NCBI GenBank assembly: GCA_030141605.1 | Contig: JAQGDQ010000141.1 | Location: 186,001-250,000, forward strand | Direction: 5' to 3' | Length of the DNA: 64,000 nucleotides | From: Tubiluchus corallicola | Taxonomy: Eukaryota > Animalia > Priapulida | Shown: positions 50,601 through 62,600 of the stretch, piece by piece | Layout: every line of letters starts with the position of its first letter | How positions within the stretch are numbered: position 1 is the stretch's first letter | Notes under the pieces: model-generated | Told to the model about the DNA's origin: nothing | The model's input: the letters and a program-made list of their open reading frames with translations, nothing else | The model's database searches: none | Position numbers and translations under genes: made by a program

Positions 50601-53600
50601 AAATGTGAATCTTGATAAAGCTTAAACTCAGTAATACTTGCAGTAGAAAATGTGAATCTTGATAAAGCTTAAACTCAGTAATACTTGCAGTAGAAAATGT
50701 GAATCTTGATAAAGCTTAAACTCAGTATACTTGCAGTAGAAAATGTGAATCATGATAAAGCTTAAACTCAGTAATACTTGCAGTAGAAAATGTGAATCTT
50801 GATAAAGCTTAAACTCAGTAATACTTGCAGTAGAAAATGCGAGTCTTGATAAAGCTTAAACTCAGTAATACTTGCAGTAGAAAATGTGAATCTTGATAAA
50901 GCTTAAACTCAGTAATACTTGCAGTAGAAAATGTGAATCTTGATAAAGCTTAAACTCAGTAATACCTACAGTAGAAAATGTGAATCTTGATAAAGCTTAA
51001 ACTTAGAAATACTTGCAGTAGAAAATGTGAATCTTGATAAAGCTTAAACTCAGTAATACTTGCAGTAGAAAATGTGAATCTTGATAAAGCTTAAACATCA
51101 GTAATACTTGCAGTAGAAAATGTGAGTCTCGATAAAGCTTAAACTCAGTAATACTTGCAGTAGAAAATGTGAATCTCGATAAAGCTTAAACTCAGTAATA
51201 CTTGCAGTAGAAAATGTGAATCTCGATAAAGCTCAAACTCAGTAATACCTGCAGTAGAAAATGTGAATCTTGATAAAGCTTAAACTCAGTAATACTTGCA
51301 GTAGAAAATGTGAATCTTGATAAAGCTTAAACTCAGTAATACTTGCAGTAGTCTTTTTCATGTTCATGTTTTATAAGTATTATAACGCAATAGGTAAGTC
51401 TTGCTAGTTTTCACCAGTGTTGAGCGTGTAAAACTTGTATTGACACATCAGACTATTGCACATAAACTTGTCCGGCGGTTTTGAAATCAGTTTGCTAGTA
51501 AGAAGGCTGGCGGGTCTTGAAGAGAGGGGACGATTTAAGGAAAATCCTGCACGGATTTAACCCCCAAAATTGATAGTGGTAGTGTTGACAGTGCAGATGG
51601 CTAGGTGGGGGATGTTAAAAACAACAATGCAAATTTTGACCAACTTTTTAGGCTGTTCTACTGAAAAGTTACAAACAAGAAAAAACGCATGGCTCCCCTC
51701 CCCCTACTGCGATAGAGAACTTGTTTTATGCAACTGCGTCTTAGTAATTTAAGACTCGACTGAGTGATTTACTGCACTATGATTACTAAGAACTTTATTT
51801 CAACATTAATGTTTTATCTCACCATATTTCATAATTTTGCAGACCGGTTTCGGTCCAGACGGATCTTCTCCAGGGCCTAAAATATTGAAATACCAGAGTC
51901 ACGGTTTTATGTTGTGAATCTTGTTGTTGTATCACTGTTACTGGTTTTATGCATTTTCTTACGTTCTATAAATTTTACATATTTATTACATAAGTTCCAA
52001 TAAGGTCTAACAACTTGATTGTTTATCTTTATATACATTATACAGTATTGTTTTATCTCATTGTGTTTAATAGTAGTAGTAATAATGTAATATAATATAA
52101 TGTAATGTAATGTAATTTATTGGGTGAAACATATTTACAAGAGCACACGGCCATTACCAAAAAAACAATTATAAATATAATATGGCACATAACACATTAC
52201 GAAATATTAAAAGCAACATACACTATTACTGTAGGTATTGTTTAACTTTAGTGTTGTAGTATTTTAGAACCTGAAGGAGATCTACAACAGTATGAATTAT
52301 GAATAAAATATGCATTATTTGCCAAACACGAACAAAAGTATCTCACCATGTGTTCTGCATTTCAGGATTTGTGGTTCGGCGACAGGAGAGCTTATCCAAG
52401 GATAGACCCAAACACATACGCTCGCTCAGCGAGGAGTATACGAACCTGAAAGCAGCGACAGCAGCATCACCTAACGGAAATAGGGTAAGTTTAAAAATAG
52501 TTTTGGTCACTTTGACAGAGTGATTTCTATCGGAGTATTGACTATTTAGTAAGTAAATAAGTATCTGTATTAACACCGTTTTACAGAAAAAACACGGTGC
52601 ATAAAACAATAATATGATGCAATGTAACAATATTATTATGATGATTACTTTATCTGAAATATGATGTTAAACTGATTGGTGAAAGGGTGGCGAAGAAGTA
52701 AAAGTTATCAAGACCAGCCACCCTGTAAGTAATGTTGCTATTAGTAATTAATTATGTGCGCAATTATCAGGAAGAAACTTTCAGAATTAAGTGTGATAGA
52801 AATTTACGAATGAAGCATTACTAAGTTACTTAAGCAAATAAGTGATTGGTTAGTGTACTAAGATTGAACTTATGAAATAAGCCTTTTCACAGTTCCAGCG
52901 ATTGATGATGATCCTTAAAAGGTCAGAGGTTAAGTGTACCAGACAACGCATTTGTATACACTTGATAACGTCTCGCAGCCCATGCTGTTGTAATTGAAAC
53001 AGTTTTAATGTTTTAGCAGCTAACTAGAACCTTACCTAGTTCACTTTTTCTTGTTCCCAATCAAGAATCTGCAAGTAAATCAGTCTACGCACATACTAAA
53101 GCATAATTAAGTAAACTCCACATAAAACAACTGAAGTTACTGAACTAATGCTTTACCCACATGTCACGTGATGCTTGTAGTTAAGACGCGTTGCTGTGGT
53201 ACACTTAACCTTTGACCAACAGCAACTGCGCGTGCGCACAACGAAACTATGAAAAGGCTATGTTAGGTTTAAATTTTAACATACGTAATAAGCACCTACT
53301 ATCTGCATACACACATACGTATACAAGCGTAAGATCTTCATACACACACACACACAACTGAATATACACACGCACACTATTTAGAGTACTCAGAAACTGG
53401 TGCAAGATAGCCAAATTGATTTTTAATAAATGTTGCTGCTGCTACCTTTAGTCTAAATCGAACCGAATTAGAAACTCCCGTCTTAAAGCGGCTGCTGCCT
53501 GTTGGGTAAATGATACTCTAGTGAGGGCAACTAGACACCTTCGCAGAGTCGGATTCATTCCGAAAAAAACCGCGAGCAGTGAACTTTCTTTTACGTGACG

Positions 53601-56600
53601 TTGTGGTGTTTGAACTGTTTGGCGCCATCTTGCAGAATACTGAGGAAACTTAGTACTGTAAATCATGCGGGAAATGTTTTTATCCAAATCTTGCCTTGCA
53701 CACTATACTGCTGGTATAGAAATTGTTTAAACTACGTGTGTAATTTCTTGTTTTCAAGGTTATCACTAATTCAAAGCCCTCGCGGTTTTATTGAACTCTA
53801 CTAAAACTGCTGCTCATTGCTCTATTAAAAATGTGTCGTTGTTTTACCTTGGCCTTGTGTACGTATGCGGAAATATACGTCGTCATTAAAATCTATCAGT
53901 TGTTGGTTTATAAATCATTAAACCTAGCACACGTGTCATTGTTTTACCTTGGCCTAGTATACGTTTGTGAAGAAATTTCACACTATAATACTATCAAATA
54001 ATAATCACTACTGTCTCAATTGTTGTCTTATTCGTTCAATGTCTGTGAAAGTGTAATTCAAATTGTGTGCTTTATGGCATTGGGGGCCAACCTCACGTTT
54101 ATTTTCACGGCCTGGGGTGAGAAGATTAATACGACAAGTATCATATTAACGCTTGTTCACATTTACCCAGACTTGCCGACGGTAAAAGGTGTCGTATGAT
54201 GCGATGAAGAGTTCATATTTGTATGGTAATAATCTGTTGATAATGAATTGAATAGGAGTTTTATGTCAGAGTCTGGATGCCCATTTATCCGTTACCGTTA
54301 GTGCAAGTAAACGAGTAAATGTGAACACTTCCAGGTGCATGTTTAACAGTTCAAATCAATTTTGCTGTCATGTATATCGATATTGTTAACTACTTAATGT
54401 GAAAACTGTATCGCCCAGTGATTGGTAGCCATTAGTAACCTCCAAGCTTTCCAACTTTCAGAGCTTGTTTTAAACTTATTCACAAGTCGAATACGTTTTC
54501 GAACACACGTATTTCTGATTTTTAATTAGCTAGTTCTTTTGAAATGATTAGCGTAGTAGTTATTGTTGTGCACTGAGTTCTTAATGCAAGCATCTAACAA
54601 TATACTTGGGATTGTATAGGCAAGACAATAGGGAGGCCACACGATCATGCTATAAATATGCGTAGGGTTTACTCAACCTCGACATGTTTTCCTTTAAGGG
54701 TTTGTTTATTGTCAGTCTTTGTTTACTGGTTTTATGCTTCGGTTTACAAAAACATTGAAAACCTTTCAGCGATGTTTTTATTCCGCGCACGGTGACGTCA
54801 CTGCACGTCTTCCCTTTGATGACTTATATTTGCAATCGTAAACAAATCGCGCACATTGTGTAAAATATGGCTTCCTTAACATGCTGTTGAAGGTGCTGCT
54901 TTCAAGCGTGTTTTCTGTTTTCATCGCTAAATGTTCACTGACAACAACTTCCATTTTTCAAAGGAATTCAAACTAGACGGCGCCTGTTACGGGTTATCAA
55001 AGTTTCTACGCGCAGATCGGCATGGCTTCAGTCACGAAGCCTAGGCGTAATTGAAGTCTGTAAAGTTACTATGTACTAATAATCCTCACAGGTGGGTAAT
55101 AGACTGAAGCTTGTGGCAAGGCTTCGATTTTCATTAGCGTTGTGGCAATCATGTTGGTCCTGCTGGTGGCAGCTGAACTGATATTACGGGAAAATTAATA
55201 GTTATTACGATCGAGTGTGAGTACATGTTGACGCTCGTTTCACGGCAGCTTTAGAAGAATTAATAAAGTCGAACGGAAGACTCTAGCTTCGTGTCTTAAA
55301 TGCGCACTTGATGAATTTTAGTAACATTAATTGAGTCCGTATTGATTCAAGAAGCGTTTCTGTGATAGACGTTAGCTTAAGTAAGCGAGAGAGTGGGGGG
55401 AGGAAGGGAGAGAGCAGGGGCAGGGACAGAGAGACACAGGGACGTAGAGAGACGCAGACACAGGGAGACAGAGGCGCAGAGAGACAAAGCCAGACACACA
55501 CACACACACACACACTCACTCACTCACTCACTCACTCACTCACACACACAGAGAGAGAGAGAGAGAGACGGGGGAGGGGAAGGACGGACGGAGGAGTGTG
55601 AAAGCAGGCGGAGAGAAAGAAGGAGGCAGAAAGAGAGATAGCCGAGATTCAATGCTCATTGCACTCACCATAACCACGTTTTGGCGTGCTTTACAAGAGG
55701 AGGTGCAGCGAGCGCTTGTTGAGCTTTAGGGAGGCACAGTGTTGAAACGTATTACGAATAACGATAAATTACGAGTAAAAATGATAAATTCCAGACAGAT
55801 GTAACCCAATTGCTTTTAAACAAATGTGCTTGAAGCAGTAACTAGTTAATGGCTATAAGTAACAGCTGTGCTGTTCCTATATTACAAGATTCTTTGAAGC
55901 AGGAACTCCCGAGGATGGGGCCCGAAATGCCCACTGCCCTAACAACTCTCCATCCTTTTGGACACACTGTCTTGTGGCGTTGTGCATCATATTGCTAACC
56001 CAGTTCTGTTTTTAATGTTGTTGCTGCAAAAATAATCGAAATGGGTCGATAACAATCAAAGACTGTGCTAGCGTGGTAGTAAACACATCTATTATTAACC
56101 AGTGACAGTTAACAGCGAACTATCGTTGAACCCTAGCGGCTGTCAATAACGCATTCTGCAGTTTAAATTGACAGAGCGCACTCTAGTCTCTCTCGTCGTA
56201 AACAACCCATTTTGGCGTTATTGACTAACGTTTCTGGTTTCCCTCCACACAGTCACGTGATCGTTCGTCTTTCAAAAGTTTTGCTTTCCTTTTCGATTAA
56301 CGTTTTTTTTTCCTTATGACTTGCTTTAATAGCGTTGTACAAATACGAATCACTACAAAAATTGACTGTAAAACGCTACGATTATATTAATTCAAGTTGG
56401 AAAACATAAGGAGTAACTAAGACTTGAGTAATCGTAATTTTGTACATATATGAATAACTTTATCAAAATTGACTGTAAAACGCTATGACTATAGTAATTC
56501 TAGTTAGAAAACATAAACAGCAACTAAGAACTTGTGTAATCGTAATTATAAAATAATGACTTTGCGTCTGACTAGAGTCTTTGTTTTTTGTGTTGAAAAA

Positions 56601-59600
56601 ATTGTTTAGATTTTGTAGTTTGTTAGAACATTAGCACAACTGCTTTAAGTCAGAAGACACTCCTATAAAAAGAGCAGAAATGAAATATTGCACTTATTTG
56701 AAAATTATCATACAATTGTGGGATTTGGTTGTTAGTGTGTGTTGTGGTCAGTGTTAGTTGTCGAACTACACTAGATTTTTCTCATAACAATTAGTTTTTT
56801 TTTGTTTCAGTTATCGATTGACTCACAGTCGGACGTTTTTGAAACTCTTAAAATTCAAGATTTCAGTAAGTTTATTACAGTTTTTCTTGTTTGATTTACG
56901 ATTAAATTTCTACATTGTAGCTCGTTAGTCAGTAGATTTATGGATTATTTCTCCAAATAATCCCTGTGGAAATTAATGCAAATTCTTATCACACACAATT
57001 TCCGAAATGGTTTCAGTTTTCCCCGAGTTTGAGTAAAATATCTGTGACTGGCGAATCTTTATCCGAATACAAACAATAAAATAAATTATTTATGAGCGCA
57101 GGCATTATTTCATAAAATTTTATCCACACGTTTCAGTCGCTTCCATGAATATCATTTTTAGTCATTGGAAGTCATTTTTTTCCAAAATTAAAATCAAAAT
57201 ACTGTTTTGTAAAAATAATCATTACACAAATGCGATGCTTTCTTTAAAAACGTGACTAAAAACTGACTATACTCTACAGTTATCTCGAGAATTTTTTTCA
57301 GTTTTTTTTTTTTTGGTAAAACCTGTGAAGATGAAAGTTGAAAACCTTAAGAAAATTTAAAAATTTAATTCTGAGGCAGTTTTGAATACCTTGTACAAAG
57401 CTGCTGCATTCAGGAGAACAGTATTAAGATACCTATTGTACTTAAGTTGACTATCAAAACAGATATTAAACTAGTTTTATATCTCCAGTTAATCTCTCTT
57501 TAATAGGTTAACATCTTATCTAATAGCTCAGTTTCACATCTCTTTTGGTTGTCACCTGATGTCTTAGTATTGTTCTCTTGAATACTGGAACTTGTATAGT
57601 GTGTTCAGCTGTTTCAAGGTTTAATTTTTAAATATTCTCTAAATTTTTAACCTTTAAAACTCTACAACTTTTAAAAAATCTGAAAAAAATTATGCTTACT
57701 ATAAACACTAAAATGGCCACTGATATGATGGTTCAGAACAACATTCTGAAGTACAGGCAACCTGCAGCATGATTTATGTATGCAATCTTGATATCAGTGT
57801 TTGTTAGTTTGTGTGAAAAGTTTGCAATGTATAGACTAATTATGTTCACCGACTTGCACATTTTTGCTCTCAATCTTTTATTTATATAGTATGCAATTAT
57901 CACATTTTAAAAGCAGTGTATGAAATAAAAAAATATTTTTTTACTATTTTTTCTTTTTGGAGTAATATTTTATTTTAAGTTAATGTTATACTTGCAAATA
58001 TCAAAGCTAATTAGTATGAAATATTTGCAAATACTGGAGTTTTTAATTAATAAACTGGCTAAACCTTGCACCATCATAAGTAGCTAATTTAGCTCCCTTG
58101 GTATGCAGACCTATATTCCTAGATGTTTTGATTAAAGCTTAATAAGAAATGTTTATTGTTTTAGCCGATGAAGACATAGACAAAGTTTATAGTCGGTTTT
58201 TGCAAGCACACACCTGTTATGACCTGGTTCCAATCAGTTCTAAACTTGTCGTTTTTGATACGTCACTACATGTGAAAAAGGCCTTTTTTGCTCTCGTGTA
58301 TAATGGTAAGTTATTTCTGGCATATTGTGTAATTGTAGTGTAGTATATAGCATGTATTCCCAACCTTGGGGTCGCAACCCCGATTTGGGTTGCCAGTTAG
58401 TCCAAAAACTATTTTTAAAAAATGCTGTTTTCATGAAAAGTATGTAAGTCAGTCTTGTTTCCTCAGTCTCTCATTGCATTATTTAGTTCTAGAAAGTGAA
58501 ACTGGGTTTTCCCGCTCTAAATGTGGCATACCAGTGCTTGATTTTCCGGGAAAATCAAAATGCACATTGTTCCGTACTGTACACTTGCGTACAGTGTACA
58601 CTGCCCGAAGCAGTGCTGCTATTCATTTTACGTCGGATCTCCTTAAATACCTATTGCATTGCAAAACTGGTCACTGAGAAACAGGCACAGCCATCACATG
58701 AATGAATTAATGAAACAATCACTCATTGTTCAAAAATTTGTGGAACAGTAAATTAAAATTATTAAATGAGAAAGATAATTATGCATAATAGTATAACACG
58801 TGATTATGTTCTTCGTGGGTCATGATGTGATCCAGGATTCTGGAAACTGGTCACCGTCAACAAAAGATTGGGAACCACTGGTATATAGTGTATTGTAGTA
58901 TGTACTATGCTGCTTATGTTTGTAATTTCTTCAGCTAAAGTGCTGTAAACTTTTTGTTATATAAATTTTGATGTTGAACTTCGTAGAGCATTGGTCATCA
59001 GGGTTCGGCATGAGGGTTTTGAGAAAAAACTTCAAAAGTTATTTTGAAAAAAATTGTTAATGTGAAAGATGTGAATTGGCAGTGCTGTCAGACAACACTG
59101 CTTCGATAATGCAGGAGAGAAATTTTGCCATAAAATAATGATTAGAATCGATTGCAATAAATGGTTTCATTAAAATTTGTTTTGAATTCATTGCTGTTTT
59201 TCACTAAACTTGATCCATACACTTTTAAGTGCGGCTTAGGTGGAAAAAGGTTTCAAACCATTGTTGTAGAGCAAAAACAAAGAGCTTCAATCACTTGTAT
59301 CTGCAGTTAATAGTATTTTATGTTTATTTTCAGGTGTACGGGCAGCTCCATTGTGGGATAATACAGCGCAGGATTTTATTGGCATGCTAACGATTACAGA
59401 TTTTATAAAAATACTGCACAAGTATTATAAAGCACCACTGGTGAGTGTAGGATAGTAATAAGTTATAATAGTGCATGGTCTTATTCAATTTGAATGGATT
59501 TTGATAAAAATGTGGGCTACACCAAATGCTATCACTTACTGCTTGCACAATAGAGTTGAGGAACATTAATATTCAACAATTGGGGAAAGTACAGTGGGTT

Positions 59601-62600
59601 GAAACCAAACTTGATTCGTTTCTCAGTGCAAAACCAAATTTAAGTACTTGTTATATGAGGTTCTGGTCATAAAGATCTGCAGCCAGAGTTGAAAGAAACA
59701 GAGCATTCTATTTAAGCTATTATTATTTTATATGTGTAATGATATTCGTTTGCTCAAAGATGACCAACATTTGTGGCAGAAACACTGCAAAGCTGTGAAT
59801 TTACTGTAAATTTGAATAAAACAGTCTTTATAGAATACTTCTAAGACATTTAAATTATATAGTTATTTGCGTTATGACCTAAGGATTTGTAATAACACGT
59901 CTTGCAGTGCGTTATATTTATTAGTATTTTAACGTAAACAATGCCAGCGTACAATAGACAAACTAATCTGATTTTGTTGGCAAATAAGCATTTTGTTGAT
60001 ACGGTAAAACAAGCAGATTTGCTTTCAGTTTTGCTTTTTTGTCGAAGCTGCATGAAATTATTGATTTGCCAGAATCTTGTGACGACATTCTGTATATTAT
60101 TTGTCATATTCCATATTTTGTGTTTAGGAAAAAATCGCTGAGGTTGAGGAGCATAAAATTCAGACATGGCGACAAAAATTGCCAAACAGCATGCGAAGTC
60201 TTGTTAGCATCGACGTAGAAGAAAGGTAATTTATGTTGAAAATTTTATTTTTTTTCATTTACATTTTGATCAGATTATGTTTTTCACCCAGAAAGTTTAC
60301 ATTAGACGAATTCTTTTTACAAATAGTTCATTCTTGTTTGCAGTTTATTTGATGCGGTTCGATTGTTATCGGAGATGACGGTTCACAGGTTGCCTGTGAT
60401 TGATCGGTCAAACGGCAACTGCCTACACATCTTGACCCACAAAAGGATTCTCCGTTTTCTCTACCTCTATGTAAGCTCATTTGTATTGTCACGGGTTTCA
60501 CTGAAATATTTGATCGTTTTAGTTTAATTTCACTGTTAGCATTAACCCTTTTTGCACTTTTGTTTTTACTTCATTACTACCTGATATTGTAAACCATGTT
60601 GTATACTTGTGTTTGTAGATGCAAGATTTGCCTGAACCGTCCTTTATGGGAAAAACACTGGAGGAACTTGGTGTTGGAACTTTTGAAAACATGGCCACTG
60701 TAAGTGATAAGCAGGCTTCAAAAACTTGACAACTTTAAGACATACTGTTATTCAGAGTAATTTATTGTAGTACAGGTAGTGGTCTACTTGTGCCCTGTAA
60801 TTGGTTCTGGTGACTGTAAAATGAATTGAACATAAGACAGACCAGTATATTCAAGTCATGCGCCCGTACACACAGGACACTGGGTGTGCGCACTAAGTAT
60901 AGCGGCGCCTGTGATTAATTTATCGAAACAGATAGCAATTTAAAGTTAATTTGTTTCAAAAATAGATGGAAATGTGAGTGATAGGTGATTTTGCATGGTT
61001 AATAGAATTACGGTCGGGTCGTAAAGTCAAACAGTCTTAAGTCGCGTAGGCTGTAAGTCGGATGACCACCTGTACTGACACTTCATTCATTTTCTGTTTC
61101 TTCATCTGTTGAATTTGTTAATTGTACATTCTTATCACAATACATATGCTTTCGTGTATTCTTTTTCAGGCCACCTATGATACGACCGTAATTGAGGCAT
61201 TGCAAAAATTTGTTGAGAGGCGAGTTTCTGCGCTGCCGGTAGTCGATTCCGATGGGCGTGTAATTGATGTTTATGCCAAATTTGATGTAATAGTAAGTCT
61301 TAAAATGCAATAGCTAGTAACATTTTTAATGTATGAGAAAGAATAATTTGCAACTTAATTTGTAAATCGTCTATAAGTAGCTTAAAATTTGTTTATAAGA
61401 TGTCAATTTTAATGAATATATTTACTTTTTTCTAGAACTTGGCAGCTGAAAAAAGTTACAGCAATTTAGACGTGACAATTAGAGAAGCTCTAGAGAGACG
61501 ACTGAGCAAACAAGAAGGTGTCCACACATGTCAAAAGACGGACCCCTTTAAACATATCATCGAAACTATTGTAAAAGCTGAGGTAATTTTAATATGGAAG
61601 TAAATACATTCCTGTTGTATTGTATTGTATTGTATTGTATTGTATTGTATTGTATTGTATTGTATTGTATTGTATTGTATTGTATTGTATTGTATTGTAT
61701 TGTATTGTATTGTATTGTATTGTATTGTATTGTATTGTATTGTATTGTATTGTATTGTATTGTATTGTATTGTATTGTATTGTATTGTATTGTATTGTAT
61801 TGTATTGTATTGTATTGTATTGTATTGTATTGTATTGTATTGTATTGTATTGTATTGTATTGTATTATATTATATTATATTATATTATATTATATTATAT
61901 TATATTATATTATATTATATTATATTATATTATATTATATTATATTATATTATATTATATTATATTATATTATATTATATTATATTATATTATATTATAT
62001 TATATTATATTATATTATATTATATTATATTATATTATATTATATTATATTATATTATATTATATTATATTATATTATATTATATTATATTATATTATAT
62101 TATATTGCTGTGAAGGCATGACTATAAAAATTTACACCTAGAAAATTGGATGTGCCATACACACTTATTGCAGGTCTTGTTTCAATATTTACATGTGCCA
62201 GTCTAATGGACAACATTTGTTACAGGTACACAGGCTAATTATTGTTGACAAAGAAGGCCATCTTCAAGGAGTGTTGTCACTTTCTGACATACTGCGGCAA
62301 CTCATCCTAAAACCCATGGATGATGAGGCAAAGAAAGGTAACACAGACACTGGCTAATCGTCATGGCAACAGCATGCCCTCAATAGCAACTTAGTTTCTT
62401 CATCTCTCGGTGATGGCGTGACGATCGACAGACATTTGACTGAACTGCCTCTTTTGCATGTCTGCTATTTTATTCTAACCCTTAGAGCTTCTTGTGCAAA
62501 CATAGCATCATGTGTGGCATTTATGTTAGGTTAATTGTGCAAGTAGTTTGGTGCTGATGTGTTTTCAACATGGTGCCAAACCAACAAACTGTCGTCACAA

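Noticed and set aside
13930-51351. CRISPR-like appearance of the 43-, 47-, 54- and 75-bp arrays
   Set aside because: Units are head-to-tail with no unique spacers, there are no cas genes, and the context is eukaryotic. These are minisatellites.
55283-55641. Arg/Glu/Thr/His-rich ORFs
   Set aside because: Translations of GA/CA microsatellites.
61594-62141. 160-175-aa [10 protein letters not shown] ORFs
   Set aside because: Pentanucleotide repeat inside a defined intron.
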